From assembly GCA_046483285.1 (NCBI GenBank), contig JAWODN010000076.1, forward strand, positions 16,369 through 80,368: a stretch of DNA of 64,000 nucleotides, in the 5' to 3' direction. The position numbers and the translations under genes are program-made. Of the stretch, positions 34,559 to 44,186 are shown piece after piece. Every line of letters starts with the position of its first letter. The stretch's first letter is position 1. Origin of the DNA: Candidatus Aminicenantes bacterium (GTDB taxonomy: Bacteria > Acidobacteriota > Aminicenantia > Aminicenantales > Aminicenantaceae). Below the pieces are notes generated by a model. That model was not told the DNA's origin and searched no databases. It saw only the letters and a list, made by a program, of their open reading frames with translations.

Positions 34559-36445
34559 TCAACCGGAACTTTTTTGATAAAACTCCCTGATCCTTTCTGC
34601 CAGGCCGGGGGGATCCAACCGGTACATTGATTTTATCTGCTCAACTTTCCCCACCGGATAAACTTCCACCGGCAAACCGATACGCAGGAAGCGGACTTTC
34701 TGACGACCCCTCCGGTCCAGAAGTTCCCGGACAGCACTCCCGAAACCTCCGGAGATCACCCCTTCTTCCGCTGTGATCACCGTCCCGCCATTACGCGTGA
34801 AATCAAGGATGAAATCTTCATCCAAAGGCGTGACAAAGCGCGCATTCACCACCGCCAGCCGGATTCCCTCTTTTTCCAGGCTTCGAGCGGCTTCCAGGCA
34901 GGGATAAACCATGCTTCCGTAGGCCAGAAGGAGATCCTCCCCCTCTTTCAAAAGTTCGCTTTGTCCGGGAGGCATGAATTTAAAATCCTTATCCAAGGGA
35001 CAGCCGGTGACCATGCCCTTAGGGAAGCGCACGGCGGCGGGATGTCCATATTGCAAGGCGGAGGCGATCATATGCTGGAGTTCATTTTCATCTTTAGGGG
35101 CCATCACCACGAAATGAGGCAGATGCCGAAGATACACAATATCATTGATTCCCTGGTGCGTGGGACCATCATCAGGAACAATCCCGGACCGGTCCAAAGC
35201 AAAAACCACCGGAATGTCCATAAGAGAAATATCATGATAGAGCTGATCGTAAGCACGTTGAAGAAAAGTGGAATATATCGCCACCACCGGCTGAAATCCT
35301 TCCAAGGCCAAGGCTCCGGCAAAATTCACCGCATGCTGTTCTGCGATTCCGACATCGAAAAACCGGTCCGGGAAACGGCGGCGGAAAGATTCCAATCCGG
35401 TTCCATCCGGCATAGCCGCCGTGATCGCCAGTAATTTTTCATTTTTTTCAGCTAATTTTTCACAAACACTTCCGAAAACTGAGGAAAAAGAAGGCCGCGA
35501 ATTTTTTATTTTGGTTTGCCCGGTTTGAATTTCAAACGGCTTGGCGCTGTGAAAACGGGATGGATTGTTTTCCGCATGGACATAGCCTTTGCCTTTTTTA
35601 GTGACACAGAGGACCAGCACCGGACCGTCATAATTCTTGGCTTCGTTAAAGACTTCTATCAAAGAGCCCAGGCTGTGGCCTTGAACCGGGCCGATATAAC
35701 GTATTCCCAATTCTTCAAATACCAGTCCTGGAAAAAATGTTTTTTTGACGGCATCTTCAATAGCCCTGCCGGCTTTTATCAGGGGCCAGCCAACCACAGG
35801 AATCGATTTCAAAAAAGTTTTGGCATGGTCTTTCAGCCGCAGATAATGCTGCCCGGAAGCCAAATAAGTCAAATATTTCGAAAGGGCTCCCACATTAGGT
35901 GATATGGACATTTCATTATAGTTGAGAACAATGATCATTCTTTTGCGGTGATGCCCGATCTGGTTTAAAGCCTCCCAGGCCATTCCTCCCGTCAAACCTC
36001 CGTCGCCCACCACAGCAATGACATGATGTTTTTCCTTTTTCTTACCCCGGGCAACCGCCATTCCCATCGCCGCGGAAAGAGCCGTGGAAGCATGGCCGGT
36101 ATTAAAAATATCATGCTCACTTTCCGCCCTGGAAGGAAATCCGCAAAGCCCTTCCATCTGACGGAGCTTTTGGAATTGGTCCCGCCGGCCGGTGATGATT
36201 TTATGCGTGTAGCACTGGTGTCCGACATCCCAGATAATTTTGTCCCGGGGAGAATCAAAAATATAATCCAAGGCCAAAGTCAACTCCACCATCCCAAGAT
36301 TTGAAGAAAGATGTCCGCCGGTTTGGGATACCACGCTTATGATTTCCTTCCTGATTTCTCTGGATAAGCGGAAAAGTTCTTTTACGGACAGTTTTTTGAG
36401 ATCTTCAGGACCGCTGATCTGTGCTAAAAGATTATCCTCGTTCAT
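34559..36445 (-). CDS. dxs: 1-deoxy-D-xylulose-5-phosphate synthase
   Basis: 628 aa with 'GGHLSSNLGMVELTLAL', 'GHASTALSAAMGMA' and 'VVGDGGLTGGMAWEALN'. Confidence 0.95.
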   Translation of the reverse strand: MNEDNLLAQISGPEDLKKLSVKELFRLSREIRKEIISVVSQTGGHLSSNLGMVELTLALDYIFDSPRDKIIWDVGHQCYTHKIITGRRDQFQKLRQMEGLCGFPSRAESEHDIFNTGHASTALSAAMGMAVARGKKKEKHHVIAVVGDGGLTGGMAWEALNQIGHHRKRMIIVLNYNEMSISPNVGALSKYLTYLASGQHYLRLKDHAKTFLKSIPVVGWPLIKAGRAIEDAVKKTFFPGLVFEELGIRYIGPVQGHSLGSLIEVFNEAKNYDGPVLVLCVTKKGKGYVHAENNPSRFHSAKPFEIQTGQTKIKNSRPSFSSVFGSVCEKLAEKNEKLLAITAAMPDGTGLESFRRRFPDRFFDVGIAEQHAVNFAGALALEGFQPVVAIYSTFLQRAYDQLYHDISLMDIPVVFALDRSGIVPDDGPTHQGINDIVYLRHLPHFVVMAPKDENELQHMIASALQYGHPAAVRFPKGMVTGCPLDKDFKFMPPGQSELLKEGEDLLLAYGSMVYPCLEAARSLEKEGIRLAVVNARFVTPLDEDFILDFTRNGGTVITAEEGVISGGFGSAVRELLDRRGRQKVRFLRIGLPVEVYPVGKVEQIKSMYRLDPPGLAERIREFYQKSSG

Positions 36446-36447
36446 TT

Positions 36448-37302
36448 TTATTTCACTTCCAAAAGCTTCAAAGCCATATATTGCAAAGCATGAGTGTCCC
36501 GGGATAACTTCTCCAATTCCTTGTTCGCTGAAAAGACATGACCGTTCAACCTTTTTTTTGCCGGAACAGATCCTTCCAAAAAAACCGCATTGGATCCTGA
36601 GCGGGTTTCCCGGGGAGAATCCAAAATGTCATCCCGTATCTGAAAAGCCAAACCGACATTCCGGCCGTAGGCCGTCAGGATTCTTAAATCCTCCTGGTCA
36701 GCCCCGCCCAGCCAGCCTCCTGCCCTTACAGCCGCGACAATGAGAGCTCCGGTTTTTTTTAGGATAAGCCGGTAATATTCTTTTTCCGCGAGTCTTTTGT
36801 CTTTGGCCGTAATATCCAGATACTGGCCCTCTATCATTCCACCCGCCCCGGCAGCCCGGCTGATTTCTTCAATCACCTGCAATCCTCTTTCCAAAAGCCC
36901 TTCTTGCCCCGAAAAATTTTTCAAAAGCGCCCTGGTCATGGTTTCGAAAGCAAGCGTTAAAAGGGCATCTCCCGCCAACACCGCCGTCCCTTCACTGAAA
37001 GCCTTATGGCATGAAGGTTTGCCGCGGCGGAAATCATCGTCATCCATAGCCGGCAAATCGTCATGGATAAGAGAATAGTTATGAATCAGCTCCAGGGCGC
37101 ACGCAAAAGGAAGGGCCCGCTCACGCGGACAGCCGAATAATTCTCCGGATATAATCAAAAGCAGCGGGCGGAAGCGTTTCCCCTCCGACATCACAGAATA
37201 TTTCATGGAACGAGCCATCCCTGAAGAAACTCCCCCCAGAATAGAGCCCAGTTCCAGATTAACGGTTTTGGTTAATTGTTCAAGTTTGTCTTCGATGCCC
37301 AT
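36448..37302 (-). CDS. ispA: Polyprenyl (farnesyl/geranylgeranyl) diphosphate synthase
   Basis: 284 aa with 'LIHDDLPAMDDDDFRRGKP' and 'FQIRDDILD'. Confidence 0.85.
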   Translation of the reverse strand: MGIEDKLEQLTKTVNLELGSILGGVSSGMARSMKYSVMSEGKRFRPLLLIISGELFGCPRERALPFACALELIHNYSLIHDDLPAMDDDDFRRGKPSCHKAFSEGTAVLAGDALLTLAFETMTRALLKNFSGQEGLLERGLQVIEEISRAAGAGGMIEGQYLDITAKDKRLAEKEYYRLILKKTGALIVAAVRAGGWLGGADQEDLRILTAYGRNVGLAFQIRDDILDSPRETRSGSNAVFLEGSVPAKKRLNGHVFSANKELEKLSRDTHALQYMALKLLEVK

Positions 37303-37307
37303 ATCTG

Positions 37308-37604
37308 TCAGAAAGGCAGGGATTCATTGCCGGATCCGGAAGGTTCCTCATTTTTCCCAGGTTCTTCGTCTTCATCTTCCGGTTTGCCCGGAAAGGTCTC
37401 CGTTTTCATCTCTCCCGTTTCGTCTTTTAATAGAATCTCTATCTTTTTTTCTGCTTTTTCAAGCTCATTTCTCAAATATTTTGCCAGTTGAATCCCCCTC
37501 TCAAATAAATTCAAGGATTCCGTCAGTGTCATCCGGCCTTTTTCCAGTTTGTCCACGGTCTCTTCCAACTCCTGAAGCGCCTTTTCAAAATTAAGTTCAC
37601 TCAT
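37308..37604 (-). CDS. xseB: Exodeoxyribonuclease VII small subunit
   Basis: 'FEKALQELEETVDKLEKGRMTLTESLNLFERGIQLAKYL', plus an acidic tail. Confidence 0.8.
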   Translation of the reverse strand: MSELNFEKALQELEETVDKLEKGRMTLTESLNLFERGIQLAKYLRNELEKAEKKIEILLKDETGEMKTETFPGKPEDEDEEPGKNEEPSGSGNESLPF

Positions 37605-37642
37605 AGCAAGCTCCTTACGCAGGTTTGCCTGAACATGTCAGG

Positions 37643-39010
37643 TCAACTGAATTCATCCGTCTCCGTATTTCCGGATTTATCGCCGCCGGCGGACAGGAAA
37701 ATGGATTTTGTCTTATCCACGGTTTCCACCCGGCAGCAGAATTCACCCCGGTGAAATGCCACCCTCATTCTTTGGCCGGGATCAACCCGCTCAATATTTA
37801 ACACGGGGGTTTTCCCGTCCGCTTTCCAACATAACGTATAACCTTTTTTCAATATATTCAAGGGACTTAAACTATGAAGCTGCGCGGCCAAATTCTCCCA
37901 GAGCCCCTTCCAATTATCCACTCTATGCCTTAATATATGAATGATCTTTTCTTCCAGCAGGCATGTCCTGGACCGGTTTTCCGCCAACACCCGCTGCTGG
38001 CTGCGAAGAACCTCCATGGAACGCAATTCCAGCTCATCCACTTTTTGAGCCAAGTGAAGCAGCCGCATTTTAAAATTTTGAAATCCCTGATGCCGGATCA
38101 GATGCATCACCTGATGCCTTTTTTCCTGGATAAAGTATAGAAAATGATGCCGGATCCCTTTTTCAAGGCTTTCGATCCGGTCGACAAAAGAATGTTCTTT
38201 CTCAATTAAAATTTCGGCGGCTCCCGAAGGCGTGGAGGCCCGCAGATCCGCAACAAAATCTGAAATGGTAAAGTCAATTTCGTGACCGACTGCTGAAATC
38301 ACCGGGATGCGTGAGCGGTAAATCGCGCGCGCCACTTTTTCCTGGTTAAACGCCCACAGGTCTTCAATGGATCCTCCTCCCCTTCCGACCACAATCACAT
38401 CCATATCGGGAATAGAATTAAAAAAATCCACCCCGGCCACAATTTCATCCGCCGCCCCTTCTCCTTGGACCCGCGCCGGGTATATCAGGATATGCAGACG
38501 GGCAAACCGTCTTTCCAGGGTTTGAAGGATATCCGTTACCGCCGCGCCGCGCGGAGAAGTCACAATTCCGACTTTATGGGGAAACAGGGGAATTTTTTTC
38601 TTTTTATCCGGTGAAAACAACCCTTCTTTTCCCAATTTTTCCTTTAACTGTTCAAAAGCCAGCTGAAGGGATCCCTTTCCTTTGGGCTCCATAATATTCA
38701 CCTGCAGCTGGTACCGTCCCCTTGGCTCATAGACGTTAATCCGGCCGAAGCAAACCACCTGGAGTCCGTCTTCTAATTTAAAAGGAATTTTGGCCGCGCT
38801 GGACCGCCACATCACCGCTCCTAAATGACTGGCTTCGTCTTTGAGACTGAAATATAAGTGCCCGGAGTGCGCTTTTTTAAAGTTGGAGACTTCTCCTTCC
38901 ACCCACACTGAGGGAAAAGCATCTTCCAGCAGCTTTTTGATATGACCGGTGATTTCTGATACAGAATATATTTTTTTTTCCGGCCCGGCCGTGTTTTTAT
39001 TCACTCCCAT
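37643..39010 (-). CDS. xseA: Exodeoxyribonuclease VII large subunit
   Basis: ORF to 39115; ATG 39010 gives 'MGVNKNTAGPEKKIYSVSEITGHIKKLLE..VWVEGEVSNF' (OB fold). Also 'VGRGGGSIEDLWAFN'. Confidence 0.9.
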   Translation of the reverse strand: MGVNKNTAGPEKKIYSVSEITGHIKKLLEDAFPSVWVEGEVSNFKKAHSGHLYFSLKDEASHLGAVMWRSSAAKIPFKLEDGLQVVCFGRINVYEPRGRYQLQVNIMEPKGKGSLQLAFEQLKEKLGKEGLFSPDKKKKIPLFPHKVGIVTSPRGAAVTDILQTLERRFARLHILIYPARVQGEGAADEIVAGVDFFNSIPDMDVIVVGRGGGSIEDLWAFNQEKVARAIYRSRIPVISAVGHEIDFTISDFVADLRASTPSGAAEILIEKEHSFVDRIESLEKGIRHHFLYFIQEKRHQVMHLIRHQGFQNFKMRLLHLAQKVDELELRSMEVLRSQQRVLAENRSRTCLLEEKIIHILRHRVDNWKGLWENLAAQLHSLSPLNILKKGYTLCWKADGKTPVLNIERVDPGQRMRVAFHRGEFCCRVETVDKTKSIFLSAGGDKSGNTETDEFS

Positions 39011-39800
39011 TCTCCTCAACGACCGACACTCTTTCCAAATGAAGGGTCCGCCCGGAGAGAGAATCCACTTCCCCATAAACCGCCGACAGAACAAATCCAT
39101 CTTTAGACGGTTCAAATTTCTGCGGCCTGGAGGTTAAAAACCTGTCCACGGCTTGGCCGCAGCGGATTCCAATGACCGAATTGTATCCTCCCACCATTCC
39201 GACATCGGTTATATATCCCGTTCCCTTAGGAAGAATCCTCTCATCCGCTGTGGGAACATGGGTATGGGTCCCCAATACGGCCGAAACCTTTCCATCCAGG
39301 TACCAGCCCAGCGCCTGCTTTTCCGAAGTGGCTTCAGCATGAAAGTCCACGATAATGACCGGGGTTTCTTCCCTTAAAATCTCGATTTTTTCATCAGCCG
39401 CCTTGAAAGGACAATCCACCGGTTCCATGAATACCCGGCCCTGAAGGTTTAAAAAAGCGGCCTTGACTCCGTTTTCATTTTTAAGAACAACCGCCCCCCT
39501 CCCCGGACAAGGCTGGGGGTAATTTTCCGGGCGAATCACACGCGTTTCAATATCCAGGTACTCCAGGGCATCTTTTTTATCCCAGATATGATTTCCCGAG
39601 GTCAACAAATCGGCTTGGGCGAGGAACTCCGTGGCGGTTTTTTCCGTCAATCCAATGCCTCCGGCCAAGTTTTCCCCGTTGGCTATGACAAAAGAGGGGT
39701 TATACTTCTTTTTTAAAGCCGGCAGATGCCTTTTGGCTCCCCGGCGCCCGGGTCTTCCGATGACGTCACCCAAGAATAAGAAGCTGATTTTATCTTGCAT
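38997..39800 (-). CDS. YmdB-like (TIGR00282-type) metallophosphoesterase
   Basis: 267 aa with 'FLFLGDVIGRPGR', 'ANGENLAGG' and 'DFHAEATSEK'. It lies downstream of rny, as in Bacillus. Confidence 0.85.
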   Translation of the reverse strand: MQDKISFLFLGDVIGRPGRRGAKRHLPALKKKYNPSFVIANGENLAGGIGLTEKTATEFLAQADLLTSGNHIWDKKDALEYLDIETRVIRPENYPQPCPGRGAVVLKNENGVKAAFLNLQGRVFMEPVDCPFKAADEKIEILREETPVIIVDFHAEATSEKQALGWYLDGKVSAVLGTHTHVPTADERILPKGTGYITDVGMVGGYNSVIGIRCGQAVDRFLTSRPQKFEPSKDGFVLSAVYGEVDSLSGRTLHLERVSVVEENGSE

Positions 39801-41361
39801 ATTCCACGGCTCTCATTTCACGGATTACCGTGACTTTAATCTGTCCGGGATAATCCAACTCATCCTTTATGGTTTTAGCTAATTCCTTGGCTGCAAGGGC
39901 GGCCTGATCGTCGGAGATTTTTTGACTCTCCACAATAATGCGGATTTCCCTTCCTGCCTGCAAAGCAAACGCCTTGGCGACACCCTGATAAGAGACGGCG
40001 ATATCCTCCAGCTTTTCCAGGCGCTTGATATACGTTTCCAATAATTCCCGCCGGGCCCCGGGCCTGGCCGCGGAAAGAGTATCGGCGGATTGAACCAGCA
40101 CCGCTTCCACCGAAGGAAAATCAATATCACGGTGATGAGACGCAATTGCCTGGCACACGGCTTCCGATTCTCCATGTTTTCTTGAAAGAGCAACGCTCAA
40201 TTCCGTATGAGTGCCCTCCACTTCTCTATCCACCGCTTTACCAATATCATGCAGAAGGCCGGCGCGCAGAGCCACTCTTTCATCAGCGCCCAGCTCCCTG
40301 GCCATCAAAGCCGAAAGATAAGCCACTTCCTTGGAGTGCTGAAGCACATTCTGACCGTAACTAGTCCGGTATCTTAACTTACCCAATAGTTTTATCAGCT
40401 CCGGATGGAGATCCTGAATGCGCAGCTCCAACGCAACGGATTCACCTTCTTCTTTGATATTGGCATCCAGTTCTTCCCTGACATTCCCGACAACCTCTTC
40501 AATACGGGCAGGATGAATGCGTCCATCCACGACCAGTTTTTCAATGGCCAGCCGCGCCATTTCCCTCCGGATCGGATCAAAACTGGACAGAATGACCGCT
40601 TCAGGGGTATCATCAACAATAATATCAACCCCGGTGGCTAATTCCAGGGCGCGGATATTGCGCCCCTCGCGGCCGATTATCCGTCCCTTCATGTCATCCG
40701 ACGGCAGGTCCACCACGGCCACCGTTGTTTCCACCACATGTTCGGCGGCAGACCTCTGGATAGCCTGGCTGATGATATCACGGGCCATCTGCTGGCTTTT
40801 TTCTTTGGTTTCCTCTTCGATTTTTTTAATAGTCTGAACGGATTCCAGCTTGGCTTCATCCTCAATTCTTTTCTGCAGTTCCAGTTTAGCTTCCCCTTGT
40901 GTCAATTGGGCAACACGCTCCAGCTCGCTGAGAATCTCCTGAAACTTTTTTTCGTATTCATTTTCTTTGTTTTTAAGCTCTCTTTCTTTGGCGTATATGC
41001 GTTGCTCTTTGTTGGAAATATCCCGCTCTTTTCTTTCTATGTTCTGGTATTTCCGCTCCAGATTTTCTTCCTTTTGCAGCAGCCGCCGTTCCAAATCACT
41101 GAATTTCTTGCGTTGGCTGCGGGTCTGTCTTTCAAAATCCTGTTTAAGATTAATGAATTTTTCTTTAGCTTCAATTGAAGCTTCCCGTTCAATTTTCCGG
41201 GCTTCTTCTTTGGCCTCTTCAACAACATCCTGTGCTTCTTTCTTGGCGGTGAGAAGAGTCCGGGCTCCGGACCTGTTTTTCAAAAGGATGAAAACCAAAA
41301 AACCACACAGCAGGGCAAACCCCGCCGCCACTATTATTAAAACTTGATTCACTTTGACCAC
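39790..41361 (-). CDS. rny: Ribonuclease Y
   Basis: GTG start at 41361 with GGAGG upstream. TM anchor, K/E coiled coil, KH domain ('GRIIGREGRNIRALE') and HD domain ('LLHDIGKA'). Confidence 0.95.
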   Translation of the reverse strand: MVKVNQVLIIVAAGFALLCGFLVFILLKNRSGARTLLTAKKEAQDVVEEAKEEARKIEREASIEAKEKFINLKQDFERQTRSQRKKFSDLERRLLQKEENLERKYQNIERKERDISNKEQRIYAKERELKNKENEYEKKFQEILSELERVAQLTQGEAKLELQKRIEDEAKLESVQTIKKIEEETKEKSQQMARDIISQAIQRSAAEHVVETTVAVVDLPSDDMKGRIIGREGRNIRALELATGVDIIVDDTPEAVILSSFDPIRREMARLAIEKLVVDGRIHPARIEEVVGNVREELDANIKEEGESVALELRIQDLHPELIKLLGKLRYRTSYGQNVLQHSKEVAYLSALMARELGADERVALRAGLLHDIGKAVDREVEGTHTELSVALSRKHGESEAVCQAIASHHRDIDFPSVEAVLVQSADTLSAARPGARRELLETYIKRLEKLEDIAVSYQGVAKAFALQAGREIRIIVESQKISDDQAALAAKELAKTIKDELDYPGQIKVTVIREMRAVEYAR

Positions 41362-41544
41362 CTCCTGCTCGGGGCGTCAAAGGAGATGAAAGTTAGGAGA
41401 TCAGATTACATTCTTTGGTGATGAGATTTGAACCGCAGCAGCAGTTTATCTGAATAGTTTATATGTCCGTCTAATTGATCATTCTTTCCTTTTTTCCTGC
41501 AAACATTCTCTTCTATAATATGTTCAATTTTCTTTGTTATGCCT

Positions 41545-41874
41545 TTATTTAGCTTCCTGCTCCATGATTTTGAGAATATCTTCATTTTTAAAAAAACGAT
41601 CCTCCAAACTTTCAATTTCATTCTCCATGTGCCCGATCGCTTCGTTTAATTTATCTAACTTCTTTTGACAAAGAAAAAATTCGTCCGCAATATTCAGTGC
41701 AGCTAAAACAGCGATTTTCACCGCATCCGCGGATTTAGACTTAACCGCCACCTCACGCATCTTCTGATCCACATAAAAAGTGAGATGGTTTATATATTTT
41801 TCATCTTCATCTCCTTTTACACGGATCTTGAATTTCCGGTCGAAAATTTCAATTTCAACTATTCTATCAATCAT
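41545..41874 (-). CDS. zapA: Cell division protein ZapA
   Basis: 109 aa with 'IEIFDRKFKIRVKGDEDEKYINHLTFYVDQKMREV' and 'AVLAALNIADEF'. Confidence 0.8.
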   Translation of the reverse strand: MIDRIVEIEIFDRKFKIRVKGDEDEKYINHLTFYVDQKMREVAVKSKSADAVKIAVLAALNIADEFFLCQKKLDKLNEAIGHMENEIESLEDRFFKNEDILKIMEQEAK

Positions 41875-42131
41875 ATCCCTAATTGATCTATCTGATTAAT
41901 AATCTGCTCTATTCTTCCCTTCAAGTCTTCTCTTTCGCTTTCAAGCTTCTGCAAATTTTCATTCAATTCATCGGCCTTCCCGGCTTTTTTCAACAGCTGC
42001 TTGTTTTCTTCCTTTAAATCTTCAACCTTTTTTTTCAGCTTGTCATTCTCTCCGGCAAGACGGTTAATATAATCAACAACCTGAGAAACTTTCCCTTCTA
42101 AAATTTTAATTCTTTCTAATTCACTTGTCAA
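41871..42131 (-). CDS. zapB: ZapB-like coiled-coil protein
   Basis: 86 aa, all heptad-rich ('LEGKVSQVVDYINRLAGENDKLKKKVEDLKEEN'). Overlaps the zapA start. Confidence 0.55.
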   Translation of the reverse strand: MTSELERIKILEGKVSQVVDYINRLAGENDKLKKKVEDLKEENKQLLKKAGKADELNENLQKLESEREDLKGRIEQIINQIDQLGI

Positions 42132-44185
42132 TGTCCCCCTCCTTCTCCTTTTACTTGAATAGAAAATTTTTCTTTGAGCATATGGATAATCTTTTGCATG
42201 TTTTCATCCGGCTCATTTTCATTTGCGTTTCTTTCCGGATAACGGAAAATGACCTTCAGGGACAGACTGACTCCTTCTCCGGATGATAATGTTCCCACAT
42301 GCCGGTCATAAACATCAAATGAATCCAAGCCCAAAAGATTTAAATTCCGGATGGCCGTTTTTATCTCCTGATATCGAACACCTTGATCGTCAATAAGAGT
42401 GATTTCCCGTATTATCCCTTGATTCATGCGCAAGGCATTATATCTTTTCGGCAGGTAGGGCTTATTGAGAAACAAATTCAGATCCAGCTCAGCGGCATTC
42501 ACGCTCTTATTCAATCCCAAAGCCATATGGATTGAATGCTTGATGGTTCCGAGGTGTCCAATACGTTCTCCTTTTATTCCTACAGCCGCTGAATATCCAG
42601 GCTCATACAAAGGAAAGTCGGTTTCCTCGAAATCGCAGGGACCGGCTCCAACATGCTTCAAAATGGCTTCCACCGTTCCCTTCACATGAAAAAAATCAAC
42701 CTCATGTGATTTTCTCTGCCAATGCCCTTCATCCAGCCGCCCGAAGCCGGCAAACGCCAGAGTTGGTTTTTCTTTAATCTCTCCCGATTCCCAAAAAAAA
42801 CGCCGCCCGATTTCAAACAGATGAAGAGTGCGGATTCCCTGGCTGAAATTCAATTGCATATTTTCAAGAAGCCCGGCCAGCAAAGTGTTTTTAAGAAATG
42901 AAGTGCGGGGCGAAACGGGATTCAGAACCGCCACAGCCTCGTCCCTGTCCGCAAATAATTCTTGGAAACGCGGTGTCATGAAACCGTCATTCACCACTTC
43001 ATCGAATCCTTGATGGTATAAGATTTGACGGAGACTTTCTTCGGTTTTGTTCCATTTCTCATTGCGGGGACGGTAGAAATTCACCTGCGGGAAGCGGGGG
43101 GGGATGTGATCATACCCATAATACCGCCCGATTTCCTCAATCAAATCCGCCTCTCTTTCCACATCCGGCCTGTGAAACGGAACATGAATCATCCAGCTTT
43201 CCTTTTGGTGGGGGTCAATCATAAATCCGGCCCGCTGAAAGACGGAAAGAATAAATTTCTCTTCCACCTCTGCCCCTAAAACTTCGTTCACTTTCCGGTG
43301 GCGGAGAATCACGGTTCGGGCTCTGCGCGGTTTAGGGTAAACATCCATCACGCCGCTTGACGCATTCCCCCCCTGTTGAGTCAAAAAAAAAGAGAGCCAT
43401 TCGACGGCACGGGGGAGGGCGTCGATATCCGTTCCTCTTTCATAACGAAAAGAGGTTTCTGTTTGAATCCCAATGGATTCCCGGGCTTTGCGGACAGTTT
43501 CCGGATCAAAAAAAGCCGCCACCAGAGCCACGGATTTTGTTTTTTCGGAAACGGATTTATCCGGGTCATCCTGAATTCCGGCCAGAGAAACGGTTTTCTC
43601 TTCATCCGCAATCACCAGCATTTCTTTAGAAAGCTTAACTTCCCGGCCGTCACGCAAAACCAGACTTTCCTGGGGCCGCGCATTCCGGATAATGAGCTGC
43701 TTTCCCTTAATTTTATCAAGATCAAAAGTGTGAACGGGCTGACCGGCGGCAAGTAAATTATAGACAACGGCGTCATTTACCGAATCAACCGGGGAAACCC
43801 CCAGCGTGCGCAGTCTTTCCTGCATCCATCCCGGAGAGGGCCCCACCTTGACGTCATGAACGGTCTTTCCGCAGCACCGCGGACAAAGAGCTTCGTTCCG
43901 TATTTGGATATCCAATTCAGTGGAAACGGAATCCGGACTTTCCTTGAACACACAATCCCAATTTTTCCACGGGAGATTTTTTGCCGCCGCCAGTTCACGA
44001 GCGATCCCCAGGTGACTCAACAAATCAAAGCGGTGTGGAAAGGTTTCCAATTCGACGACAGTGTCCCCGTTTGTTTTTTCCCAGTTGACAACAGAAAGTC
44101 CTAAAGAATCGAAAATGTCCATCAATTCTTCCGGCGAATAGGAAAAATCAATAAAATCCTTTAGCCAAGAAATGCTGATTTTCAT
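42128..44185 (-). CDS. pheT: Phenylalanine--tRNA ligase beta subunit (lacks the OB-fold tRNA-binding B2 domain)
   Basis: 685 aa. 'MKISISWLKDFIDF' (B1) runs straight into '..FPHRFDLLSHLGIARELAA' (B3). B5 and the FDX-ACB C-terminus are present. Confidence 0.9.
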   Translation of the reverse strand: MKISISWLKDFIDFSYSPEELMDIFDSLGLSVVNWEKTNGDTVVELETFPHRFDLLSHLGIARELAAAKNLPWKNWDCVFKESPDSVSTELDIQIRNEALCPRCCGKTVHDVKVGPSPGWMQERLRTLGVSPVDSVNDAVVYNLLAAGQPVHTFDLDKIKGKQLIIRNARPQESLVLRDGREVKLSKEMLVIADEEKTVSLAGIQDDPDKSVSEKTKSVALVAAFFDPETVRKARESIGIQTETSFRYERGTDIDALPRAVEWLSFFLTQQGGNASSGVMDVYPKPRRARTVILRHRKVNEVLGAEVEEKFILSVFQRAGFMIDPHQKESWMIHVPFHRPDVEREADLIEEIGRYYGYDHIPPRFPQVNFYRPRNEKWNKTEESLRQILYHQGFDEVVNDGFMTPRFQELFADRDEAVAVLNPVSPRTSFLKNTLLAGLLENMQLNFSQGIRTLHLFEIGRRFFWESGEIKEKPTLAFAGFGRLDEGHWQRKSHEVDFFHVKGTVEAILKHVGAGPCDFEETDFPLYEPGYSAAVGIKGERIGHLGTIKHSIHMALGLNKSVNAAELDLNLFLNKPYLPKRYNALRMNQGIIREITLIDDQGVRYQEIKTAIRNLNLLGLDSFDVYDRHVGTLSSGEGVSLSLKVIFRYPERNANENEPDENMQKIIHMLKEKFSIQVKGEGGGH

Positions 44186-44186
44186 T

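Noticed and set aside
41362-41544. 6S RNA (ssrS), which lies downstream of zapA in many bacteria. The zapA-rny spacer is 183 nt, about the right size.
   Set aside because: Folding the minus-strand sequence by hand, I could not find the long closing stem between the 5' and 3' ends or a central bubble. The similarities between the ends are direct repeats (GAATGT) rather than complementary. It is more likely the rny promoter/leader. A cmscan with the 6S model would settle it.
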